Assembly: GCF_015665295.1 (NCBI RefSeq)
Contig: NZ_JADFAJ010000011.1
Coordinates: 21,652-85,651, forward strand
DNA length: 64,000 bases
Source: Maricaulis sp.
GTDB lineage: Bacteria > Pseudomonadota > Alphaproteobacteria > Caulobacterales > Maricaulaceae
Reading direction: 5' to 3'
A program made the translations under genes and the position numbers. The first letter of the stretch is position 1, and each line of letters begins with the position of its first letter. The notes below the pieces were generated by a model. That model had not been told where the DNA came from. It searched no databases and saw nothing but the letters and a program-made list of their open reading frames with translations. Below, piece after piece: positions 29,144 through 38,131 of the stretch.

Positions 29144-32008
29144 CTACTCGCCGGGTCCGGTCTCGCCCCCGGCGGCCGGACCGGCATCCGCATCGCCCGG
29201 GGCGGCAGGGCCGCCCTCGGCATCGATTTCTTCGACCGTTTCGCCATCATCGCCGGCATCCTGGATGCGCACGACGGCGACGACATTCTCGCCTTCATTC
29301 AGGCGGATAAGGCGAACACCGCGGGACGAGCGGCTGGCGATACGGACGGTATCGACCGGGAAGCGGATCAACTGACCGCCATCTGTGACGGCCATGATCT
29401 GATCGGCATCCTCGACCGGGAAACTGGCCGACAAGGGCACGTCGCGTTTGATGTCGGTGGCGGCGACGCCATTATTGCCGCGCCCCATCACCCTGAAATC
29501 ATAGGCCGACGAGCGCTTGCCCATGCCGTCGGACCCGACGGTGAGGAGGAATTCCTCGGCCGCGCCGAGCTCGGCCAGGCGCTCGGTCGACAGGGCCGCT
29601 TCATCCTCGGCCTCTTCGTCGGGATCATGGTGGGTGAGATCGACGTCTTCCTCGTCACCCAGCGCGCGCCGCATGGCGGTGGCGTGCTTGAGATAGGTAC
29701 GGGCTTCCGGCGAGGTCACGTCGACATGGTGCAGGATCGCCATCGAGATCAGCGTATCCCCGTCGGCCAGGCGGATGCCGCGCACCCCGACCGAGTTGCG
29801 GCCGGCGAAGATGCGGACATCGGTCACCGGGAAGCGGATCGCGCGGCCCTTGTGCGTGGTCAGGAAGACATCATCATCCTCGGTACACAGCACGACATTG
29901 ACGATCTGGTCGTCCGCTTCCTCCAGCTTCATCGCGATCTTGCCATTGCGATTGACCTGGACGAAGTCCGACAGCCGGTTGCGGCGGACAGTGCCCTTGT
30001 TGGTGGCGAACATGACATTCATGTCGGCCCAGACGCTCTCATCCTCGGGCAGCGCCATGATCGAGGTGATGGTCTCGCCCTGCTCCAGCGGCAACAGGTT
30101 GATCAGCGCCTTGCCGCGCGTGTTCGGCGCGCTCAGCGGCAGACGCCAGGTCTTGGTCTTGTAGACCATGCCCCGATTGGAGAAGAACAGGAGCGGCGCG
30201 TGGGTCGAGGCGACAAACAGGGTCGAGATGAAATCCTCGTCCTTGGTCGCCATGCCGGACCGGCCCTTGCCGCCGCGACGCTGGGCGCGGTAGTCGGACA
30301 GTGCCGTTCGCTTGACATAGCCGCCATGGGTGACGGTGACGACCATCTCGTCGCGCGGGATGAGATCCTCGTCCTCGAAATCGAGCTCGGCATCAACGAA
30401 TTCCGAGCGCCGCGGCGTCGCATAATTGTCGCGCACCTCGACCAGCTCGTCGCGGATCATGCCCAGCACCCGCTCGCGCGAGCGCAAGAGGTCCAGGAGG
30501 TCGGCGATCTGCTCGGCCAGCGTCGCCGCCTCATTGCCCAGCTCCTCGCGGCCCAGACCGGTCAGGCGGTTGAGGCGCAGTTCCAGGATCGCGCGGGCCT
30601 GTTCCTCGGTCAGGCGCAGCGTATTGTCCGCGCGCAGCATGGAGCGCGGATCGGCGACCAGTTCCACCAGCGGCGCCACATCGACAGCCGGCCAGTCGCG
30701 CGCCATCAATTGCTCACGCGCGGTCGCCGGATTGGGCGCCTTGCGGATGAGGGCGATGACCTCGTCGATATTGGCAACCGCCAGGGCCAGACCGATGATG
30801 ACATGGGCCCGGTCGCGCGCCTTGTTGAGCTCGAACTTGGCCCGGCGCGCCACCACTTCCTCGCGGAAGCGCAGGAATTCCTTGAGAATATCCAGCGCAC
30901 CCAGCAATTTGGGACGACCGCCGACGAGCGACAGCATATTGGCGCCGAAACTCGTCTGCAGGGGTGACCAGCGATAGAGCTGGTTGAGGATGACATCGGC
31001 ATTGGCATCGCGCTTCAGCTCGATCACCACGCGCATGCCGTTGCGGTCGCTCTCGTCGCGCAGATCGGCAATGCCCTCGATCTTCTTCTCGCGCACCAGG
31101 TCGGCGATCTTCTCGATCATCGAGGCCTTGTTCACCTGGTAGGGGATTTCATGGACGATGATCGCCATGCGGTCCTTGCGGACTTCCTCGATCGAGGTGC
31201 GCGAGCGCATCACGATCGAACCGCGCCCGGTCAGCACCGCATTGCGGGCGCCCGAGCGGCCGAGGATCAGGCCACCGGTCGGGAAATCCGGACCGGGGAT
31301 ATAATCCAGCAGCTCGCCCTCGGTCAGGGCCGGGTTTTCCAGCAGCGCCAGCGTCCCGTCGATCACCTCGCCGAGATTGTGCGGCGGGATATTGGTCGCC
31401 ATGCCGACGGCAATGCCGCCGGCGCCATTGACCAGGAGATTGGGGAAACGGGCCGGCAGCACGACCGGCTCCTGGCGCTCGGCCGAATAATTGTCGATGA
31501 AATTGACCGTATCCTTGTCGATATCGGCCAGCAGCGACTGGGCCACCTTCTGCATGCGCGCTTCGGTGTAACGATAGGCGGCGGGCGGATCGCCATCGAC
31601 CGAGCCGAAATTGCCCTGCCCGTCGATCAGCGGCACCCGCATCGACCATTCCTGGGCCAGGCGGACCAGCGAGTCATAGACGGCCTGGTCGCCATGCGGG
31701 TGGTAGCGACCCATCACGTCACCGACGGCGGTGGCGCATTTGCGGTAGGACTTCTCGTGGGTCTGGCCGTTCTCGTGCATCGTGTAGAGGATGCGGCGGT
31801 GGACCGGCTTCAGCCCGTCACGCGCATCCGGGATGGCGCGCGAGACGATGACGCTCATCGCATAGTCGAGATAGGACGACTTCATCTCGTCCTCGATGGC
31901 GATATTGCCAATCCCGTCCGGCAGGGCCGGCGGCAGGCCGCCAGCGTTTTCGGGTCCGTTCTCGGGTCCCTCGTCCGGGGTGTTCGGCGTGTCGTCGTGA
32001 TCGCTCAA
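29144..32008 (-). CDS. gyrA: DNA gyrase subunit A
   Basis: The 954-aa product contains [28 protein letters not shown]-terminal beta-pinwheel repeats and an acidic tail. Confidence 0.97.
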   Translation of the reverse strand: MSDHDDTPNTPDEGPENGPENAGGLPPALPDGIGNIAIEDEMKSSYLDYAMSVIVSRAIPDARDGLKPVHRRILYTMHENGQTHEKSYRKCATAVGDVMGRYHPHGDQAVYDSLVRLAQEWSMRVPLIDGQGNFGSVDGDPPAAYRYTEARMQKVAQSLLADIDKDTVNFIDNYSAERQEPVVLPARFPNLLVNGAGGIAVGMATNIPPHNLGEVIDGTLALLENPALTEGELLDYIPGPDFPTGGLILGRSGARNAVLTGRGSIVMRSRTSIEEVRKDRMAIIVHEIPYQVNKASMIEKIADLVREKKIEGIADLRDESDRNGMRVVIELKRDANADVILNQLYRWSPLQTSFGANMLSLVGGRPKLLGALDILKEFLRFREEVVARRAKFELNKARDRAHVIIGLALAVANIDEVIALIRKAPNPATAREQLMARDWPAVDVAPLVELVADPRSMLRADNTLRLTEEQARAILELRLNRLTGLGREELGNEAATLAEQIADLLDLLRSRERVLGMIRDELVEVRDNYATPRRSEFVDAELDFEDEDLIPRDEMVVTVTHGGYVKRTALSDYRAQRRGGKGRSGMATKDEDFISTLFVASTHAPLLFFSNRGMVYKTKTWRLPLSAPNTRGKALINLLPLEQGETITSIMALPEDESVWADMNVMFATNKGTVRRNRLSDFVQVNRNGKIAMKLEEADDQIVNVVLCTEDDDVFLTTHKGRAIRFPVTDVRIFAGRNSVGVRGIRLADGDTLISMAILHHVDVTSPEARTYLKHATAMRRALGDEEDVDLTHHDPDEEAEDEAALSTERLAELGAAEEFLLTVGSDGMGKRSSAYDFRVMGRGNNGVAATDIKRDVPLSASFPVEDADQIMAVTDGGQLIRFPVDTVRIASRSSRGVRLIRLNEGENVVAVVRIQDAGDDGETVEEIDAEGGPAAPGDADAGPAAGGETGPGE

Positions 32009-32243
32009 GGCGGCCCTCTTTTCATTGTATCGCGAAGCCGGTCATGCTTGCCCCGACCGGCCCGTCACGAAAATCGCCGCCCTTCACCCAGCCTCGCGCG
32101 CGGGCGCGAATCGACAGCGTGAATCAGGCGGCTTTCCTGTCGCAGAGTCTTAACAATCGCGGGAGGGGAGAGCAAATGCGGGGGGCGGTTGGGGGGCAGG
32201 CACACGTCCCGCACTTTTTCCGACACTCACCCCGCCACATACC

Positions 32244-32506
32244 GTCATCCTGAAGAAAGTCAGGACCCAGTCTCGCAGACCCGATTTCGCCGAACCCTGC
32301 AATGACGTCGCGTCGCAGACTGGGTCCCGATTGTCATCGGGATGACGGTGGGTCCGGGGTTTCCAATACCCTTGTCATCCCGGGCGGAGCCCTGACTTGA
32401 TCAGGGCGCAGATCCGGGACCCATACGCCCGGTGCGGCCAGCTTTCGCGATAATGGGTCCCGGCTCTGCGGCCTGCTTTCGCAGGCCATTCGGCCGGGAT
32501 GACAAG
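32244..32506. repeat. cluster of REP-like palindromic elements (GTCATCC[CGG]-hairpin-[CCG]GGACCCA family)
   Basis: Two ~54-nt copies lie in inverted orientation (32371..32424 and 32453..32506). They share termini but have different internal stems. A shorter variant sits at 32244..32270, and a GTCATCGGGATGAC palindrome at about 32333..32346. Confidence 0.8.
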
Positions 32507-32596
32507 CGGGTGGGGGACAGGTGACATATCTCTCTCCCCCGTCCACCCCGGCGCCGTCGCGCAGACCGATCCATACATTGCTTGTCAGCCAGCAGG

Positions 32597-32675
32597 CCGT
32601 ATCGGGTTCTTCAGCTCAAGGGTGAAACCGCGAAGCGGCGGCTGCGCCGCCCTTGACCTGAAGAACCCGATACGG
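32597..32675. repeat. long inverted repeat (26-nt arms, 25/26 complementary, 27-nt loop)
   Basis: ccgtatcgggttcttcagctcaaggg pairs with cccttgacctgaagaacccgatacgg. It lies about 115 nt upstream of the nuclease-like ORF. Confidence 0.9.
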
Positions 32676-32790
32676 CGAACTCCCAGCAAGCAGATTATGG
32701 CAAGGTCTGCGCCGGGGCGCCTGAACAGAGCGGAAGCGGTTTTGGCACAGATCGATGCGCAAAAAGGCCGACGTGAGCCAGGAGATATCG

Positions 32791-34035
32791 ATGCGGCAAT
32801 ATGGATCACCGATATTGATCGACGCCAGCGGGACTGTAGCGAAGCCCCTTTCCCCGGTGCAACGGAGCGGGAGCGCAGAGGTGCGCGGATACGACGAGGC
32901 GTTTATCCAGCGCCTCGTGCTCAACCACCCGGCGCTCTTGCCGCTGAACGAAATCGACCCAACCTGCGTCGATCCCGTTCCTGTTTGTGATGAGCTGCCC
33001 ACGCGGGCCGGACCTATCGATGTATTCATGATCACTCCGACGGGCATGCCACTGCTTGTCGAATGCAAGCTCTGGAACAACCCCCAGGCTCGACGTGAAG
33101 TCGTCGGGCAGATCATCGACTACGCCAAAGAGCTTCAAAAGTGGTCCTACGAAGACCTCCAGCGAGCTTGCGCCGCGCGCAAAGGGGCGGACTTCGAGCT
33201 ATTCAATTTTGTGGCCTCTTGCACGGGAAACCTCGATCAGAAGACGTTCACCGACAATGTCACCCGAAACTTGCGGGATGGCCGCTGCGTGCTCCTCGTT
33301 GTCGGAGACGGCATTCGCGAGGGAGTCGAGGCGATAGGCGAATACCTGACTGGATCAGGCGCATTGCAGTTCAGCTTCGGCCTTGTCGAACTGCCTGTAT
33401 TCGAGACCACCGACGGGCAACGTCTCGTCACGCCGCGCACGTTAGCGAAGACAACCATCATAGGTCGATACGTGTTTGGCTTCGCCCCGGATGGCGCTCC
33501 CCGAATTATCGATGACGGCTCGACCGAAGAAGAAGAGCAAGACGAGACCGTAGACGAGGCCAAACGCCTCATCAGCGGCGAGAATTTTGCGTTCTGGACT
33601 GACGTGCTTTCCAACCTAGAACTGGACGATCGCTCACAAGAGCTGGCTAAACCAAAGACAAGCGAGACGATCAATTTCTGGCTTCCCGCGCCCCGTGGCG
33701 GCACCATGATCAAAGACAACTGGATCACCCTATATCTGGCCCGCAGCAGCAATCAGGCTGGAATTTTCTTCACAGGCACACGCACCGGCTTTGGTGGTGA
33801 AATTGCTCGCGCGATGCTTCCCGAAATCGAGGACATCCTGGAAGAGCTTGGCCCTGAGGCTCGGCAGACTGAGCCGAAGTCTGGAAAGATCAACATAGGC
33901 GAAGCGCATGTTCTTGGCCCGCTGCACGACTCCAACAATCGCGCGGAGTTGGTCTCGTGGATGCGCGAGCGTGTGAATCGATACGTCAACACCTTCCGGC
34001 CGCGAGTGGAGGCAATCGCGGAGACATTGGATTGA
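32791..34035 (+). CDS. PD-(D/E)xK (RecB/NucS-like) nuclease-domain protein with DUF4268-like C-terminal region
   Basis: The start at ATG 32791 has AGGAG 8 nt upstream. The product contains GPIDVFMITPTGMPLLVECKLWNNPQARREVVGQIIDYA, giving D...ExK followed by QxxxY. The C-terminus (FAFWTDVLSNL...WITLYLAR...ELVSWMRERV) resembles DUF4268. G+C is lower (52/100 at 33181-33280). Confidence 0.55.
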   Translation: MRQYGSPILIDASGTVAKPLSPVQRSGSAEVRGYDEAFIQRLVLNHPALLPLNEIDPTCVDPVPVCDELPTRAGPIDVFMITPTGMPLLVECKLWNNPQARREVVGQIIDYAKELQKWSYEDLQRACAARKGADFELFNFVASCTGNLDQKTFTDNVTRNLRDGRCVLLVVGDGIREGVEAIGEYLTGSGALQFSFGLVELPVFETTDGQRLVTPRTLAKTTIIGRYVFGFAPDGAPRIIDDGSTEEEEQDETVDEAKRLISGENFAFWTDVLSNLELDDRSQELAKPKTSETINFWLPAPRGGTMIKDNWITLYLARSSNQAGIFFTGTRTGFGGEIARAMLPEIEDILEELGPEARQTEPKSGKINIGEAHVLGPLHDSNNRAELVSWMRERVNRYVNTFRPRVEAIAETLD

Positions 34036-34233
34036 TATCAACCTCGGTTTATCTAGCCAATTGATCAGTTGGGTCCTAGGTCATCGGGTGTTAAAAACGA
34101 CAGTTTCTGAGATCAACGAGAACAATCGATTTGGAGCGCGCAAGCGCCCTGAGCCCCGCCTCACAACCAATCTCGAATTTCTTTGCCCCCCCCAACAGCC
34201 CCGGCCGCAGCGCGGCCGGGTCCATCGGCGCAA

Positions 34234-34839
34234 TCACTCCACGCGGTAATTCATGAACTCGTCGCGGGTGACGCGGCCATCGCCATTGGTGTCGATCATG
34301 TGGAAGACGGCGGTGACGCTTTGTGCAGCCGTTTGCTCGGCATTGGCGATGACGCGGGCGAGATAGTCCGGCGAGGCGACGCCTTGCTGGGCGTCCATGC
34401 CGAGCTCGGCCAGGGCGGTCTGGACCGAGCCGGTCACCTCGGCGCGCAGTTCCGGGCCGAGATGGCCGTCGGCGGTGAGGCCGGCCTCCTCGAAGAGTTC
34501 GGCGAGGTCAAAATCCTGGCTGCCATCGCGGTCGACAGAGGCAAAGCTGGCTTCCGGATCATTCCGGTCCGCGTCGGCGGGTGATGTGGTTTGCAGACCG
34601 GTTGCCGCAGCGACAACCGAGATGAGGGCGAGAAAACTGGCAGGCATGGCGTACTCCTTGAAATTGAGACTGGGGAGCACCCGGCGCGGTCGGCGTGAAC
34701 CGGAATAGGTCTCGACATAGGCGCGCAACACCTCGCTGGCTGTGACGCCCTGCGATTGGCAAGCCTGCATGAAGTCCTGCTTGGTCTGGTGACCGATGCG
34801 GATTTCCAGGAACTCGCTCTGTTTTTCACGCCGTTTCAT
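34234..34839 (-). CDS. EF-hand protein, possibly with N-terminal ribbon-helix-helix-like region and TM anchor
   Basis: The 201-aa ORF has two canonical EF loops (DRDGSQDFDLAE, DTNGDGRVTRDE) and a hydrophobic segment ASFLALISVVAAATGL. The N-terminal part EFLEIRIGHQTKQDFMQACQSQGVTASEVLRAYVETY is RHH/MobC-like. An internal ATG at 34647 has a perfect AAGGAG 6 nt upstream, so a shorter secreted form of about 137 aa is possible. Confidence 0.6.
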   Translation of the reverse strand: MKRREKQSEFLEIRIGHQTKQDFMQACQSQGVTASEVLRAYVETYSGSRRPRRVLPSLNFKEYAMPASFLALISVVAAATGLQTTSPADADRNDPEASFASVDRDGSQDFDLAELFEEAGLTADGHLGPELRAEVTGSVQTALAELGMDAQQGVASPDYLARVIANAEQTAAQSVTAVFHMIDTNGDGRVTRDEFMNYRVE

Positions 34840-35118
34840 GTCGTTTCCGACCCGCCAGGCGGGCCGACCCTTGTTTCACGCTGACATCCAAGTGCGAGCC
34901 GATCTGGCCACACCAGGCCGGCCAAGAAGAACCGATTTGCCGTCCCGACGCACGCCTTTTAACGTCCGGACACTGATTTCATTGATGAAATTTTGGTCAG
35001 GCGGGGGTGGGCGAGCACGGCCGGAGTACGAATGCACCTTTCCTCCCCGCCCTGCGGGGAGGTGGATCGCCCGAACGAGCGAGACGGAGGGGCCGCCGCA
35101 GGTGGTGTGCCACGCTCC

Positions 35119-35217
35119 CCCTCGCTTTGCCCCGCCCTCGCTTCGCCCCACCCTCGCTTCGCTCGGCCCCATCGACCCGAGGCTGCGCCTCGGGCCACTT
35201 CCCCACATGTGGGGAAG
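35119..35217. repeat. intergenic repeat patch: 3 copies of ccctcgctt(t/c)gc at 16-nt period, plus hairpin and 20-nt perfect palindrome
   Basis: The copies are at 35119-35130, 35135-35146 and 35151-35162. The hairpin cccgagg..cctcggg spans 35177-35195. The palindrome cttccccacatgtggggaag spans 35198-35217. Confidence 0.8.
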
Positions 35218-35332
35218 AAAAGATATCCGGGCCGGCCCTGCACCGCCGCCGTCACAAATCCTTGCCTTGTCGCGGCGGGCCTGCCTCACTAGGGCCGAAG
35301 CGGTTGACCCATACCACCGATCGGGGGCTTTC

Positions 35333-36643
35333 ATGACGTTCCGTATTTTCACCATCGCCATGCTGACGGGCCTTATCGCCGCTTGCAGCCATTTGCCTGC
35401 ACCCTTCACTGAACCGTCCACCGAACCGGCCGCCGAACGGGTTGCGGCGAACGCGCCGCCGGTTGTCATCATGATCGGGCTGGACGCGCTTCGCTTTGAC
35501 GCGATCGACCGGCATGAGGCGCCCAATCTGCGTGCCCTCGCCGCGCGCGGCACGCGTCCCGAGCGCATGTATCCGGTGATGCCCACGAAGACCTTCGTGA
35601 ATTTCTACTCGCTGGCGACCGGGCTTTATCCGGAACATCACGGCATGGTCTCCAACTCGCCCTGGGACCGGCGGCTGAACGAGACCTTCTCCAATTCCGG
35701 CGGCAGCCCGCAGGATCCGCGCTGGTGGGGCGGCGAGCCGATCTGGATCACGGCCGAGGAACAGGGCCTGCGCTCGCACATCATGTTCTGGCTCGGCTCG
35801 GAAGTGGAGATCAACGGCATCCGACCGACGGTCTGGCACCCTTACGAGCACAACAAACCCTATGAGGAGCGCGTAGCGGAAGTGCTGGCCTGGTTCGACG
35901 CACCGCTTGCCGAACAGCCGCGCTTTGCCGCCTTCTACATGGATCATGTCGACACGGTCGTGCACCGCGCCGGCGTCGAGACAGAGGCCGAGGGCGACGC
36001 CGTCGCCCGGGTCGATGCGCTGGTGGGCGAGCTGGTTGCAGGCCTCGAGGCGCGCGGCATGATGGACCGGGTCACGCTGATCATCGTCTCCGACCATGGC
36101 ATGGTGAATGTCTCGACCGAGCGCTCGATCGCCGTCGATGAACTGGCCGATCTCGAGGGTCTGTTCATCGAGGAGTTCGGCGGTGAGTACGGCGCCGGTC
36201 TGGAACCCTTCCTCATGGGCTATGGCGATGCAGCGACCGTGGCCCGCATCCATGCCGAACTCCAGGGCGCCCATCCGCACATGCAGGCTTATCGTCGAGA
36301 CGACATGCCGGCGCACTGGCATTTCGACCATCCCGATCGCGGGCCGGACCTGTTCATCCACGCCGATCCCGGCTGGCTGCTGACGCGCTCCGACACCGAC
36401 CTCTCCAACCCCTATATCGCCAGCCTGCTGGCCACCCACGGCTATGACAATCATGCCGACACGATGGGCGCGACCTTCATCGGCGCCGGCCCGATATTCC
36501 CGCAGGGTACACGCCCGGCCGCCTTCGAAAACATCAATGTCTATGGCCTGATCGCCTGCGCACTGGACCTCGAGCCGGCGCCGACCGATGGTGATCCGGC
36601 GGAGGTTGAGCGCATCACGGGCGGACGCTGCCCGGCGCAATGA
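35333..36643 (+). CDS. nucleotide pyrophosphatase/phosphodiesterase (alkaline-phosphatase superfamily) lipoprotein
   Basis: The ATG at 35333 gives MTFRIFTIAMLTGLIAACS (lipobox). The product contains VVIMIGLDALRFD...MPTKTFVNFYSLATGLYPEHHG...SDHGM...HGYDN. Confidence 0.85.
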   Translation: MTFRIFTIAMLTGLIAACSHLPAPFTEPSTEPAAERVAANAPPVVIMIGLDALRFDAIDRHEAPNLRALAARGTRPERMYPVMPTKTFVNFYSLATGLYPEHHGMVSNSPWDRRLNETFSNSGGSPQDPRWWGGEPIWITAEEQGLRSHIMFWLGSEVEINGIRPTVWHPYEHNKPYEERVAEVLAWFDAPLAEQPRFAAFYMDHVDTVVHRAGVETEAEGDAVARVDALVGELVAGLEARGMMDRVTLIIVSDHGMVNVSTERSIAVDELADLEGLFIEEFGGEYGAGLEPFLMGYGDAATVARIHAELQGAHPHMQAYRRDDMPAHWHFDHPDRGPDLFIHADPGWLLTRSDTDLSNPYIASLLATHGYDNHADTMGATFIGAGPIFPQGTRPAAFENINVYGLIACALDLEPAPTDGDPAEVERITGGRCPAQ

Positions 36644-37686
36644 GGGAGATTGCGATGACCGGAATGAACCGGCGGACCGTGCTGACCGGCCTGGCGGCCT
36701 GCGGCCTCCCCGCTCCGGCATGGGCGGCGCAACAATCCGGCGAGACGGCCTGGCAGGTCATGGCCGCCCTGCCCCGCCGCGTGCAGGAAATCTATCCGGG
36801 CCTGCTGGATGGACGCCTCTATCTCGCGGGCGGGCTGGAGGCGCGCAACGGTGCGAATGTCGACTCGATCAGCGACCAGCTCTTCGTGCAGCACGCGCCC
36901 GCCGACCCGGCCTCGCCCTGGGAGACCCGCGCCCCGCTGCCGGAACCGCGCCACCACCCCAATCTCGTCGGGCATGACGGCTTCGTCTACGCGATTGGCG
37001 GCTTCCGGGCCGGTGATGGCGGCATCTGGGAGATGATCCCCAATACAACGCGCTACGAGCTGGCGCGCGATGAATGGACCGAAATGGCGCCCATGCCGAC
37101 GCCCTATGCCGAGACCTGCGCGGTCTCGCTGGGCGGATTGATCCATGTCGCCACGGGTCGTCAGCCCGATGGCGAGGCCAATGCCAACTGGCCCGATCAT
37201 GGCGATCGCGGCGACCATCTCGCCTATGACGCCGCGGCCGACAGCTGGTCCCGCCGGGCGCCCAATCCCAACCCGCGAAACTCGGCCGCCGGTGTCGTGC
37301 TGGACGGTCGCTTCCATGTCGTCGGCGGCCGCCGGGTCAATGCCGGCAATGAAACCCATCACGAGGCCTATGATCCCGTCACCGATGCCTGGCATCGCCG
37401 CGCCCCCCTGCCCCAGGGCCAGGGCGGTCTGGCGGCGGCGGTCGCCGGAGGCCGGATTCATGCTTTCGGCGGTGAGTATTTCGACAATGGCGGCGGGGTT
37501 TACCCGCAGGTCTGGGTCTATGATCCGCAGGCCGATGCCTGGCAGGCCGGTCCGCCCATGCTCACCCCGCGCCACGGCCTCGGCGGTGTCGGTCTGGATG
37601 GTGCGATCTATGCCATTGGCGGCGCGTCGAGCGCCAGCGGTCGCAATACGAGCGATCTCGTCGAACGCCTTATCCCGGCTTCGTGA
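36640..37686 (+). CDS. Kelch-repeat protein with Tat-type signal
   Basis: The product begins MNRRTVLTGLAACGLPAPAWA and has repeated ...GGF/GG...W motifs (5-6 Kelch blades). The ATGA overlaps the upstream stop. An alternative start is at 36655. Confidence 0.75.
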   Translation: MREIAMTGMNRRTVLTGLAACGLPAPAWAAQQSGETAWQVMAALPRRVQEIYPGLLDGRLYLAGGLEARNGANVDSISDQLFVQHAPADPASPWETRAPLPEPRHHPNLVGHDGFVYAIGGFRAGDGGIWEMIPNTTRYELARDEWTEMAPMPTPYAETCAVSLGGLIHVATGRQPDGEANANWPDHGDRGDHLAYDAAADSWSRRAPNPNPRNSAAGVVLDGRFHVVGGRRVNAGNETHHEAYDPVTDAWHRRAPLPQGQGGLAAAVAGGRIHAFGGEYFDNGGGVYPQVWVYDPQADAWQAGPPMLTPRHGLGGVGLDGAIYAIGGASSASGRNTSDLVERLIPAS

Positions 37687-38131
37687 TCATCAGCCAGACA
37701 AGCGCGATCAGCGCCGCAAAGGCTGGCCAGCCGAGCGCGAACCAGATCCGCATCAGCCGGTGCACGGCCTCGGGAATGGCAGGACCGTCGGCCTCGGCCA
37801 GCAGGCGCTTCACCCGCATCTGGATCCACACAACCGGCAGCCAGCACGCCCCGATGAAGAGATAGAGCGCCACGCTCGCCACCAGCCAGGGCGCGGTCAG
37901 GGACCAGCCGGCCACATGGGCCAGGGCGAGACCGGAGACGGGTTGCAGCACGACAGCACTCGCGGTGAACACCCAGTCGGCCAGCACGACATGGCGCGCG
38001 ACCAGGGCAAAGCCGGCCCGCTCGCCGCTGCGCCAGGCCATCAGCATGAAAAAGGCAATCGCCGCGCCCGATCCGAACAGGACGGCTGCGCCGAGGATGT
38101 GGATCAGCCGCAGAACCGGGTAGAGCTCCAT
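37670..38131 (-). CDS. DUF2269-family integral membrane protein
   Basis: The 153-aa product begins MELYPVLRLIHILGAAVLFGSGAAIAFFML and has four hydrophobic helices. Its start overlaps the stop of the upstream SDR gene (TGATG). Confidence 0.65.
   Translation of the reverse strand: MELYPVLRLIHILGAAVLFGSGAAIAFFMLMAWRSGERAGFALVARHVVLADWVFTASAVVLQPVSGLALAHVAGWSLTAPWLVASVALYLFIGACWLPVVWIQMRVKRLLAEADGPAIPEAVHRLMRIWFALGWPAFAALIALVWLMITKPG

Noticed and set aside
29135-32122. ORFs 29135..30967 (610 aa) and 31151..32122 (323 aa) on the + strand.
   Set aside because: Both are antisense to gyrA and are low-complexity shadow ORFs.
34186-34220. A C8 homopolymer plus a GC hairpin (cccggccg...cggccggg) as a phase-variation tract or terminator.
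   Set aside because: The tract is intergenic, so there is no frame to shift. The hairpin lacks a U-tract on either strand. It is possibly a weak terminator for the EF-hand gene, but the support is insufficient.
35252-36721. A 489-aa minus-strand ORF, plus 36541..37575.
   Set aside because: They are antisense to the phosphodiesterase and Kelch genes, both of which have signal peptides and family motifs.
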